DNA of 64,000 nt from Bispira polyomma (GCA_965649765.1 OZ287750.1:27714001-27778000); one strand, 5' to 3'. Shown: positions 26,201-39,890, numbered from the stretch's first letter. Translations and numbers: made by a program. Notes: a model not told the origin generated them from the letters alone.

Positions 26201-29200
26201 TGCCATAGTTTTGTAACCTAAAACACATAAGGCTTTCCTTCACCTTAAAGAAACCATATTGGAATAAAACAAATAGAATGAAATTTCACCTCTAACACAA
26301 ACTAAAATCTTGGTATTATAATATTACATAACACTAGCCATCCAAACAGTTAGACTAAATTTGAGAAAAATCTTTATATCTTTCACCTTTTTTTTATAAG
26401 AAACTTTCAATGTACACAGTATTATATGTATGATGACTATATGGTTTAAAGCTTGACACTATCTATAGGCCACTGTACCCAATGCACCTTCAAGTAATAT
26501 TATATACATATACATAGGAGAAACAATTAGATGAATAATAATATGACAAAGGGATTTTTTTCTGATAAATATATTGAAAAGGCCTTATACTTCTGGTGAT
26601 GAAATTTAGAACATAATGAGGGGGTGGCAATGTTTTTACAGACTGAAAACAAAAACCTGCTGTAATATTAGAAGGGTGTATATTATCTTCTGTATTGAGG
26701 ATTGGTATTAAAAAAATGCCTTAAAGCCACAAAGGGTATACAGTATTATAGTTTCACATATATAAGATATGGGTAATATATTTTTTTCCTCTGGTTTGTT
26801 TAATCATTCATAAAATTTGCCAATTGTGTGCATGATCTTTGTCAAGCTATATATTAGTTACCACTAGTTATCTTGTCATATAGTCTATATACACAGGTAG
26901 ATTCTAGTACCACCAGTTAAAACTAACTGTTGTCATTACACAAAACATTGGGAAAGATAAAGCTATGGGGGAGATGTGGGGGTGGTATAGGGTTAAAATA
27001 AAAAAGGAAAACAGAGGAAGAAGCTGAGGATAATTGGTTGTCTCTTCTACAAAACTTTATTGCCTTATTGCATGTCTTATTATTAGTTGGTAAAAAAAAA
27101 AAAATTTTAAGTACAGATTGATGCTAACCTATATGCTTGTATACCCCAGTTGTATTATACAAAAAAAGGTCATCAACCATTTGGGGGTCTATGGAGGAGG
27201 GGTTTCGATTTCAGTCCGCCCCCATTTTGTTTTGCCTGGAGCAATGTTAGCACTTGTGTCTGTGTAGTTAAGGTGTTCTCCCTCTTCTACTACTGTAGAT
27301 GGGGTTTCTTCATCTGATTTTTTAAGGAGTCAGTGATAGCATTTTACAGGGTCAGTAAGCCTTTTGTTGAAGTTTTTTCACAACATATATATAACAGGGA
27401 AGACTATAAACCCCCAACGTCGTCACTATATAATATGCTGGTGCTAGTTCTTCCGTCCCTCCTTCGGCGGCCATCTTTTGTTCAAACTTGTTAAAAGTCG
27501 TCTGGCTTTTCGCGCGCTGCTGGCTTTTATGGCCCCTCATCTACACTTGTGTTGTGAAATAGGAAGGTGTAGGGCTATCATTTTCTCTAGGTGATGGTAT
27601 ATATTTGGACTTTGACTTGTGTGCCTTGTAAAAGTGAGATGAGTTTGACTTATGGACGATGGGGTCGTTTTCAAGTGTGGAAATTGCCTCTTCCACCCCC
27701 ACCCCCGACTTGTCACCCCCACCCTTGTTGGTGCATAAGTGCTGATTATGGTTAGAAAGTGACTCCCTCATTTTAGCAACTTTCTGGTTTGAAAACACAT
27801 AGTGGAAAGGCAATTCTTTCTTCATCCTCCAGTTCTCTTGCTTAATTACTTTTAAAAACACCTTGTAAAATTTCATCTGAAAAGAAACCAACCCTATACC
27901 TACTTATGAAACTCACATATACATGTGTATCAAAGTTCAAATTCTTTCTTTGTGTGCTTTTCTGACTAAAAAGCAGAAACCAAATCTCTTTTAAAATTTC
28001 TCCAGCATTAGTGATCAGCCAAGCAGAGCCAGTTTGTGCAGCATCTCAATCCTTTGATAACCCTGGATCAACTGAATACAAATTGGCCCCTTGGGCCCCA
28101 ACCTGTTTAGGTGGAACTAATCATATAGAGTATAGAGGTGGGGGCCAATCCTCCCAAGGTACACAACAACAGTTTTATATCCCATTAACATTGCCTACAA
28201 TTAAAAGAGTCTTGTAAAGCATGGAAGCCAAGCAAGTAGAACTGATTGATTCCAGGGGCTTGTGTTTTACAGGTTTAGGACCAGACCAGCTTCCCCCACC
28301 CCATTTTATAAATCCTCGAAACCCCATTCATACCACCACTCTGGTCAATCTCTATTGAACACCAAAAATACAGAACAAAAGTTCTTTTACCTATTTTAGG
28401 GTTAACAAACTAAAATAAATACCCACATACCAGTGACATTCATATTGAAGTTTACCTCTTTGCTTAAAATAAATTTAATTCTTTTATAAATTTGTCTTGG
28501 TAAAAGTTTGTGAAATCTGAGAAATATAATAATTACTAAATCAGAATTGGAGACAGAACATGTACCTCGTGTTTATTGTTTAGTAGGAACTTTTAGAAAA
28601 AAAAATATTTCTTGAATTGTGAAGGATTATTTTAGTAATAAGTGCAATCAGACAGACAGAAAATATTCATTTGGTCTAAATTACTAGAACCAAAAAAATC
28701 AACAATCTAACAAATTAGTATGCATTTGTATTTTTGAGTTAAAGTGTCCACCCTTTAAGCAGCTTTAGGTGATTTACTATGCCTCCTTTAAAATCCAGGG
28801 CTCTGAAGCATTTAGAAATGAATGATAACCACATAAAAGCCATGTATATATGATATGTAAAGTATGTGTGTGGAGGAGGACAAACAGGACTAAGTGGCCC
28901 TCCCCTTCTACTACTACCATTATAGTTTATACAGAGCCCTGGGGCGGGGTCAGGATACTACTATACAGCAAATTTATGAATTATAGCAAAACCATAAATC
29001 TGACACAGATAACTAGACACACGCCCCTTTACAAGGCATGTTGTATATATTGTCTATACAGCTACTGACAGCTTAAGGGAAGCTTATATATGATATGTGA
29101 TAAATGGGAAATTAATAATAACCCTGATTAATATAACTGTACATATCTCTATATAGAAACAAAATATACTGATAGAGCTGATAAAACCAAATCACCAAAT

Positions 29201-32200
29201 GAACCACAGTGCTGTGTAGTATAGTAGTGGTAGTTATTATAGTGCTGGTGGAATGGCACAGTGGGTGTAGCAGTAGTTGAGTTTAATTACCTAGTTGTTG
29301 GAAGGCTTAGCAGGTGTTCTCAAGGTACAGTAACACAGAGAGAATGTGCCACAAAGTTAACAATTCACCTGATTCTATAGACAAAGTTTTTGAGATTGTT
29401 GAAGTTTCAAGCAATATTATTAGTCATATTAAGGTTACAATAAAAGATCTATTTAGTAGCAAAAAATAGGACAATCCAAGAGAATTGCAGAGAAGATATA
29501 TATATCTTAAATTGAGGTCAGACAATTTTTTTGGTTTGGAGTGGATATTCTTATTGTTTTGTAGTATTGTATAAAAGTATACTGTATAGAGTAATCATAT
29601 ATGTAACAAGTGAGCCAAAGAATCTGTATGTAAACACACACCAATGTCAACCAGTGCATCACCTTTCAAATATCTCTAAACACAAACTCTCCTGTCTGAT
29701 AACAAAAAAAAGTTCAACAAAATTCACATGCCGACATATTGCTGTGTGTGTGTACCAGAAATCCATGTGCAGTGTTTATCTGGCTCTATGTACATAATCC
29801 ACGGGTTTTCTCGCTACTGCTGTGTACGAATCCTATGTTTACATTTGTGTATACATGCGGGGTTTTGGGTTTTAGTTTCCTCCCATTGAGCTGAAAGGAA
29901 AGCAAAAATATCTGTTGTTTCTTTTCACAGTTCATGGAAAGCGATAGTTTTTCCCGGGAGTGGGCTTGCTTGCCCAGATCACAGTGCGGGGGAAATATCT
30001 TCAGTGAATATTATTCTCAGGCAGAAAAACTCTATGGTTGTAGCATTGGGTCCTCGAACTAAATTAAATATATTATTCTGCCTTATCTTACAAGTAGAGC
30101 TGACTTCTATCATCACCATCTTTCACAATTAAAATCTTAATGGAACTTATACTCTTATTTCAAAAGTTCTATATGCTTTTACAACCCATGTCTCTTGGCA
30201 CTACCAACATCTTTTCCAAATGAATATGCACTCTAAAAGATTATAAGTTACAGACAAAGTTGTGTTTTTTTAATGGCTTGGAGAGAGGTTATGCTTTTTG
30301 TGATTCACATCTTCACAAGATACAGCTACACTTGCCAAGTTTCTGCACTCCATACACTCTTCACTTTATCTTTCTGCGCATGCCCACTCCAAGCTTATGC
30401 AACTCTGAAATGCCATCAGTTAGAAGAACAACATGTATTCTACATTTTTAGGGTTTTGTTTTCACTAATTATCGCCCAATCAAGCAACTGGAATTTTTTT
30501 TTAAATAATAGTTAAACTTATGGCAAGAAAATTTAGCAATTTAAACAAATATTTTTCTTAAAAAAACATATTTTGGTGTTTTAACCATTTCAAGGTTTAA
30601 ATTAGATATAAAAAACTAAAACATGAATACATATCTTCATAAAAGAACAAGTGTAAATTAAGTACTCATGTTGCCATGTTTGGAATTTGATATGTTAATA
30701 ACACAAAAGACATTCTGTACATGGGTTGGTGGCTGTCGCTTACAATAAAAAACACACGTTTTCATGGCTTTTAACAGATAAAACAATTGTAGATATGTAG
30801 GTGTATCATGTGCTTTTCAGTGAAACTGTCAAAAAGTATTGTATACATTGCTCAACAGTCAGCCACACATATCTTGTTACTCTTTTTCTACTTTTTGTTG
30901 TTGTGCAAAAAAATGGGTAGTTTTGATATTTTGCTTTCTTTGTGTTGAGTTTGTTGTGTTGTTATTCTATCAAAATCTGGGTGGTTTGTTTTATCTTTTT
31001 GGAACCACCCATGTTGTGTGTTTGAAATGCCAACAACAATATGTATATCCTATATAAAACAACATGTATACACAGGGAAATTCATATATATTTTTTGGGT
31101 GTGAGTTTTATTTTTACTTGCTATTATTAGAGGACAGATAATATTGTCTACACAAAACATCAAAAAGCTACCACAAAAAGTTGATACATACGTCTCACAG
31201 AGCTGCCAACTATATAGCCCTTTTGCCAACCAAAACCTACAACTGCTATAATCTCTTCTATTTATAAAAAATACAGATATATGTTTGCAGCCTTTGTTAT
31301 AAGTTCTATTTATATCTCCCTCTTTACTTCTTTATTTTAAAAATATGTTAAAAAATAAATACAATCATCATTGAATACTAATTAAACTCGACAGTTTAGT
31401 GTACACAAATATCCTGCCTGCCAAGCCAGTATTTACTCGTTCAGTCATAGTTGACCAATTTAACTGAAGGTGACTATACCACCACTCCCCACCCTATCTC
31501 ACAATGCTCCCCTCACCCCTATACCAACCCTCCTTCTCTATATGCCCCATACATCATGTCATCTCAGTCCAATCTTCTGGATTTAATAGTAACCTGTTCT
31601 CCCAAGCATGACCTTTGCACATTTCCTAAAACTGTCAGATTTGATATATACATATACCCCAGCCAGCCGTCCTCCAGTCAACTGTAGCAATGAACTTGTC
31701 CCTTCTATGTCTACCTAAATAGTCTGGCACACCCAACATGCCCTAAAACTGTAGTGTGAAGCAATCACACACGCAGATTTCTTGACTGACTTCATAATTT
31801 TAGCTAACAAGCGTGGAAATTGTGTTGAATACAGCCATGCATAAGGGACGGACTAGTTTTATAGTAGTAGTAATAAAAGTCAAGTTGATATTTTGCCAAG
31901 CATGTTACAACACCAACCAGCATTGGCCATATGATCTATAAGCCAGTTCTAATTTTATTTTTTGTTTTAAAAACAGATTCAAGAGTTAAATTGACACTGT
32001 GTGATAGCACAAAGCCCCCTTCCTAGGTACAAAATGGTCCAGCCCTGTTTAGTTCCACTGCAGTACTGCAAAACAGCCTATTTGCTCAAACAGTAGTAAA
32101 GCACCAATTGTACGGAGACAGTGAGTCTGGTGGGTCCAAATGGATCCACTTATAATCCATAGAGGGAGTAGGGAGGGAGCACCATGACAAGAGAGAGGTT

Positions 32201-35200
32201 TCTGTCTTGTTTTACTATTACATAAACCTTCTTCTTTCTTCTTTCCACTACTGCCTAATATTGGGACCCCCCTTGTTGGTTAAAATGGACCAGGCACGAG
32301 GCTTATACCATACCATAAACAAACTGGCCGGCCCAGGATGGCACAGGTCTGCTCTATCACTGGGCCATCATCGGAACCTTCTTCCCTCTTCTTCATGTTC
32401 TTCTGACAACAACAAAGTTCATAGAAAACACACAGACACAAAAAATATACAAATAATGGACAGGGATGGAGGTCTCTCTCCCTTTGATGTGGTGATGTAA
32501 ACTGTACTAATACACAGTAGGTGGGAGGGGGGGAGCCATAGCTACTCAATGTGATGTGTTATATGTACTGCTAATTGAGATATTTGGTAGAAGAGTGGCT
32601 CTTACTAGGCTCAATTATCATCATCTTCCTTTTATTAGCAGTTTCTTTCTAGGTACCCCCACCCCTCCCATCTCACTTCTCTTATTTGACTGACACATGG
32701 TTAGAAAGAGTTACAGCAGAGACCCTTTTTGGCTCTCTAATTACTAGTTGCAGCAGGTAACAGAAAGGAAAAGTCTCTTCTTCCCTTGCCCCCATTTTTT
32801 TATGTTGTTGCTTGTGGTCTTGTGTTCTGTGTGCTGCAATAGGAGATGGTTTCTTTACCACAACAAGACTATCAGAACACTCATAGAAATCTAGCAAATG
32901 AAAGAGAGAGTAGATACTAATGTAGAACTAATACATCTGTAGGTGTGTCTTTAAGGGCCCCCCCCCCCCCCAATTCTCTATCTTTCTGTTACTCCTCCCC
33001 TTAAAATGCTGCTGTTAAAATGTAGGGTGCCCCTCCCACAAATACACCCACATCTCTATGTAGGTACCCTCCTCACCCACCCCCCCACCCCCTTATTTCT
33101 TCCATATAACACACACGCAAGGCAGGAGGCTAAGTTGGGGGTAAAAAGTCGTGTTTGATGTGGCTTACACTTACCTCTGCTTGAATGGAGCTTCTGTTTG
33201 GAAACTGTTTCTGTTCTAGTGTCCCTGTCTCCTCCCTAACATTGGCTGCCCATCTGTTAAAGTCTTTAGTTGACATGATGCTCCCTCTAGGCTAACTGTG
33301 TGTCTGGGTGAGCCTTGGGCACTTATTTATACACATCTCACTTAAACTCCAATAGTTTTGGTCCAACCAGTAAGTCACCGTATCTCTACAATCCCTAATC
33401 CTAAGGATACAGTGGCACAATGTTCAAATATCCCATAGGCTGATTCTACTCGAAAACGTGTAATCTCAGATTAATAATTAGATGAGCATTTTATCTCAGG
33501 AAATACACTCAAGTTTGGTTTAAACTTAAGTTTAAGGGAAGAAATCACAAACAAATCTGATAGTCCTTTAACCCCTCCCTTCCCTCTACCCCATTCGGCG
33601 CGCGCCCCTGTCATCTTGGTCAGACCCTTTTACCAGCAGCCGAAACTTGACACCTGAAAGTTTGTCAGTCAAATTAAAAGTCTGAGTCAATCATTTGATT
33701 CTAACGACATTAAGTAATTCATCAGACTGGGGCTATTAGTCAGCCCACAATAGAGTTACAAGTTTAGTATTTACTGTTCGTGTACTGTGAATGGTTCTGT
33801 GAGGGTTTGACTTTAATGCATTATGACCGATCATTTCATAACACTGAAGACACCAGCTCACACATTCAAAATTTTCAGGTCATTATTATTATTTTTGTAA
33901 GCAGAAGTTCCAGAAGGTATTTCCAGATGGTTTTGCATTTTGTGTGTAGTAGTTTTTGTATCACCATCCTATGCTATATGTAGATATTCTATATATTTAC
34001 CCTGGTTTTAGAGCCAAATCTAAAAACGGGGGCAGGTTCCTAAGAGAGAAGTTAGACAAAATGGGCATGAACCTCCCGGCTGGCAGGCGCAAAGCCGCGG
34101 CCGTGACCTTGCTCACGTCACTAGTCGAAGGTAAATATACGTTACCCTTAAACAGTGTTGTTAATGGTGTTGTCTTTTTTGTTTGACTCCATTGTAGGGC
34201 TAAATCTAAGAATGGTGGACGGGCGCTCAGAGAAAAGTTGGACAAAATAGGGTTGAGTCTTCCTGCCGGGAGGCGGAAGGCCGCCACGGTGACCTTGCTG
34301 ACGTCACTGGCGGAAGGTGAGGGTCAAATATTAGCGGCCTGTGCCCGTTAAGTTTTATATTTCATTTTTTTACATCTGTATACCCCTGGACACGTCTAGA
34401 ATTGGAGCTAAAAATGCCTTGTTATTACAATTAGTCTTATATAATAAAAGCCTATGTATAATGTGATCAATCGATTCCTTCAATGGACTTAAAATTACAC
34501 ACGACACAATCAGAGATTGAAATAGGCTAAAGTACACTGTACTGACATAGTTATTGATCTATTTATGCATAAAAAAGTATGGAAACTTCATTGATTGCCC
34601 CTTCCCCTTGTTTCTTGTTATGCTATGTAGCATTTATCTGATGGATAATTTGGGATGTATTATATTTATACGGGACACGTTTTTGATGTAAAAAAAAAAC
34701 AAATCATCAACGACATTTGAAAAATTGTAAAAAAATAGACCAACACATATCTCAATAATTTTTTCTCTCAAAAGGGCACATACACAGGAAGTGATACTTT
34801 GTCTTTTGGGATAAGGGAAGGTTCAGAGAACCCCATGTTTAGTAATAAATCCTAATTTGATGAAATTAATCAAATAATCATAATAAGATACCAAAACTTT
34901 CATCTTTTTTGTGCTATTAAAAAGACAATTCATAACATTATCCTTGGATTTCCCTCTGATCACTTATTTCAAGTTATTTCTGCTTAAATGAGAAGAATAA
35001 CACTTCAGTAGGAGATTGTATTAGGATTACATGAACTTATTTAATAGCTAATTGGAGGCACAGATGGCATTAAGAAGCTCCTGTAAATCACGCCCCAAGC
35101 TGGAAATAACTGACCTATTAAACCTCCCGACTATCTGTCAATTAAGCAAGAAAAATTGTGGGATTTTGTTTTTTCCTTCTTATGGCAACCCCCTGGGGAA

Positions 35201-38200
35201 TCCCCACAGAGGGCTCAGTTCAAGAGTGGGTGTAGGGCCAATAAGGATAGAATTCAATGTGCCCCTGGAGTGGTTAGGGGAGGGTCAATCTCCACAGAGA
35301 AGGGGGGTCACCTTTTATCAGTGGGGTGGGGATAGAGGAGGCAAACCTTGGAGACATCTACATCCACTTTTATTACAGAGAGAACCCCACAAGAATGAAT
35401 TGCTTTTTTATGTGTCTNNNNNNNNNNNNNNNNNNNNNNNNNNNNNNNNNNNNNNNNNNNNNNNNNNNNNNNNNNNNNNNNNNNNNNNNNNNNNNNNNNN
35501 NNNNNNNNNNNNNNNNNNNNNNNNNNNNNNNNNNNNNNNNNNNNNNNNNNNNNNNNNNNNNNNNNNNNNNNNNNNNNNNAAAAACAGACTGTACACAAAA
35601 CTGGTCATTACCCTTGTTGTGTGAAAAAAAAATTGAAGAAAAAATCCTATTCGCCAAAGAAATGTAAGGAAGTAACTTGTGACCAATTATTTTAATAGAG
35701 CTTTCAGTGCTGAATTCAAATTTGCAATCAAATATTATATATCTTTACTACAGCCAGATAGACCTTATTTTTAAGCTTTAGTTTGAGCTCAATTTAAGAT
35801 TTCCTGAGAATTTTGGTCCACAGATAAAGTTTATTTTATTAACCTTTTTTTCTACCGAAAGTGACAGATCCCCACCACTCTTATTGACACCATTCTTTTT
35901 GACCAAACTTCCAGTTAGTTGTATATGTCACCGCGTTGTGTTGACAATTTTCTTGTCAAAAGGCCATTTGTACAAATGAGCTCAAGCAGAAACGTGATTA
36001 TTTGTAACAAACACCCTAATCACAGCCATTTTCAGATCACCTGAAAATTAGAGCAATTTCACCTTTTCTTCTCTTGGAAATGTTGGAATTCTCTTTTTAA
36101 AAAAGATTCTACAGTTCTAAATTAAGCCAAATTATACCCCTCTTTTGTATGGACGTTTTTTGTCCTGTCTACAAAGATAATTTGAAAAAAGGTAAATATT
36201 TATTTTAGAAAAAAAAGAGAGGGAAATATGACTGTGGCCAATCTTTAGTACTGTAATTATACAAAAATTGAATTACCACTTTCTTAGTTTATCTAAAGTT
36301 ATATTCTTTGATGTTTAAGCCTTCAATGTTTACATAATGGATCTGAATTATCTTTAGTAAATAATTAGCCAGATTACACTTCAAGTCCTCAAACTGGCTT
36401 CTTGGTGGTTTTATAAAACGTCAAGATTGTTTGATTTATCCTACTTATTTATAAAAAAATAAATCGTATTTGCCAGTAAACAATTGACGTTTATATTTGT
36501 TTTGTTTTTTTCGTATTTGAAATTCGTTCTTCAAAAAAGAACTACTTAGTTTATATTTTATTCACATTAGAAAAAACCCATAATAGTTTATAAAAGTTGG
36601 TACTCTATATTTGATCAAACTATAAATATGCAAAGTTAATATTTATCATTAACAAGAGTTTACCTGTATATTGCATGTTGTGTCTTCATGTTCTGGGCAT
36701 GCTTTATCATATGTGTATGTGGAAGACAAATAATATATATTTTGATACATCATTATTATTTAACTGTGTTTGGTCTAATCTAATCTAGTCGTACTTTTAT
36801 AGCGCTTAATCTTGTACAACAAATTCTAAGGCGCAACAAACCCAAAACGTTAATCGAAAATCAAAAATAGTGGCCGGATGGAAATCTTAACCAGGGAGAC
36901 TACCGTAAATGGTTGCGACGGCTAAAGTGGAAAAGCCTGTTCAAAAAGATAGGCCTTCAGCTTACTCCTGAAAGAGGAGAAAGTTTGAGCCAGGCGAACA
37001 TGATCAGGTAGGCTGTTCCAAATGAGGGGGCCATCATGAGCTAGGCAGTGATTGAACTGAACTTTGGATTTGTGGATGCGAGGGTCGAAAGTGGGAATGT
37101 TAAGGTACAATTTATCAGGGTTACTGCGCCTTGTCCTGACTGAGCATGTATATTTGGATAGATGGGGGCTAAAATAAGTGGGTAATCCAGAATTTAGAAA
37201 TTTATATATTATTGTTGCTGTTTTGAAAGCAACACAATATTTTATTGGGAGCCAGTGCAGTGACTTGAGTACAGGAGTAATATGGGAAAATTTAGAAGTT
37301 ATGGCCACAATACGTGCCAATGAGTGTTGGATATTCTGAAGGCATCTGAGATCATTACGAGATAAGGAACGGAACAGAGAGTTGCAGTAATCAAGCCTGC
37401 TGCCGACGAAAGCATTGGCAACAGTGATTGCCGTGGATTTGGAAAGATAGCGTCGAATCCGCCTGAAATCACGGAGGCCAACAAAACATGATCTACACAC
37501 CGATGCGACATGGTTAGAGAAGGAGAATTCAGAGTCGAACACCACACCCAGGTTTCGTACTTTGTCAGCTGGAAAAAACCTGCTGCCAAGAATGTCAAGT
37601 GGAAAACAGCTGGACAATTTTTCCCGTTGCGACTTGGAGCCAAACAAAATAAACTCAGTCTTCTCAGGGTTCAGCTTGAGTTTATTTGCTGCCATCCAGT
37701 GTTGTACATCAACAAGGCAGTTCTGTAAGGAAGTGAAAGCTGCCTGGGCAGAGTCAGGTGTAAGGTGGATGTACAGTTGGGTATCATCAGCATAGAAGTG
37801 AAAGTTTATGTTTTTGTTTTTGTCAAGCAGTTAGAAGGTTGTTAGAACATTCAGATAAAGACTAATTTTATTGTCACCATTTTGTGTTTGGTTTAGGACA
37901 GTTAGTCATAACAGCCAGATATATTTAATTATACTGTTCTATCTTGTGTTTGGCCTAAGACAGGTAGTTATCATGACTTCATATGTTTATCTATATATCA
38001 TTTCCTGTGTTTGGTCTAAATGACAGTTAAAGTGGCCAGCTATTTTTAAGTATACTGCTGTTGTATTTTGTGTTTGGTCTAGGTGAGGGAATCAGAATGG
38101 CAAGATATATTGAGGGAATCAGAATGGCAAGATATATTTAACAATACTGTTTTTTTTTTGTGTTTGGTCCAGGTGAAGCAGTCAGAATGGCCAGAGACTT

Positions 38201-39814
38201 CGGTTACCTCTGTGAGACAGAGTTTCCTTCCCGTCAATGTGCGGAGTACAACACCAGACAACACTGCGACCCTGCGGATGTCACCCACAGGAAACAAGCC
38301 ATCATAGCATCCAAGTAAGCAAAGGCTTCTAGCACTTTCTCATCTACCTTAATCCAAGGGTGGGGTATACTCTTTTGGTTACTGATTTCATTGCATCAAC
38401 ATTTCATAAAAGTTACCTGATTATGAAATAAAGGGATGCATTTTCTTGCTGTTCTTTGATTTATTAAAATGCTCACTGCTTTTGGTAAGCTACATTTGAA
38501 GCCATGATTTTACATGAAATAAGCACTGAAAGATGGTTGATGACGAAATCCATAGCTATAAATTTGGTATTCTTTTCCAATGATTATTATATAACATTTT
38601 AAAATAGCTCAGAAACTAAATTGACAAAATAAATAAAAATAATTTGTTATCTAATTATAAAATATACTCCAGTTCATATATAAAAAAAAAGAGATAATAG
38701 CACTGTTGTGGTCTATTGATAGATCATTCAAAGACCCAGTAGTGTTCACTGAGCAATTAAGTACCTTCAGTGGCTCCCCCATTCAAAATATAACCTCTCC
38801 ACCTTAGCTATTGACACAGTGAGATACAATATCCGCCAAACATTGGATTTCAAACAAGCCATACCAACCAGGGACTAGTACTGCCCCTTCTACTACTTAA
38901 AGCTAGAGCAGGTCCCTGAGTAAAGATCAAACAGGAGGAGCCATTAATTAAATAAAGCCATGAACTCAAACCAACCCTCACCAACATCCCCCTTCCTCCC
39001 TATGTAACCCTCTATATCCAGTATATGTATTCATATAAGTACATACATATATCTGACCCTCTTCTCTCTCACTGATCACACCTTCATATGGGTTTTTAAC
39101 ATATTGTATAGTTTTTTAAGTCTCCAGTCATTTTCTCTAAAGTATAAAATATCCCATGAAAATGTCAAAGCCGAAGAGTCCTATTCCCCCCCCTCCCCAC
39201 CCCACCCCCAACCCATCTATAAACTATTATCAGTATTGTTGTCCTGGTGGAGATTAAGAGTACCCTAATTGAGGAGAAAACCCCCTAGTAAAAAGGTTCT
39301 TGAATCTGTGCAAACTTGCACTACCATTTGGTACGAGGACCCTGTGTTTGCCCAAGCCCACTTAATCAATGTGCAGTAGCTCACTAAAATAGCCAATATA
39401 AGGAAGGGTACACACAAAAACCTTGAAATCCTAGCAGGAATTTGTCACATTTCCCTCATATTTTAGCAAGGGAATTAAAGGCGACCAGTGTCTTCTTCCT
39501 TTTTTTCAAGAGATTTTAGCCAGCATACATTTCTTTTTTTCTTGAAGCTGTTGTCAGTGTTTGATTGAAATGTCACTTACTTAGATAAACTTTAAAGAAG
39601 ACATACTAGTCACTAGCAGTAGTATATGAAGATCTTCATTGATTGCAAAATGATACAAATTTCCTGTCTCAGGAGTGTCACCCATATTTATAACACATGA
39701 GTATAGTATACACACATGCCAGGGATAATATTTCCTCTCTGTCTCTATAAATATATATATATTCTTATATAAATAAAATAATTATTTAAACCCCCTATTA
39801 TCTCAACCATGTTC

Positions 39815-39890
<76 letters not shown>

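Noticed and set aside
33997-34287. Minus-strand ORF with internal repeat (RLPAGR...PPFLDLAL twice)
   Set aside because: Antisense shadow of the duplicated exons 5a/5b.
35050-35686. ORFs spanning the N gap; NF-kB-like GGGGAATCCCC at 35195-35205
   Set aside because: The ORFs are artefacts of the N run, and a single motif is insufficient evidence.
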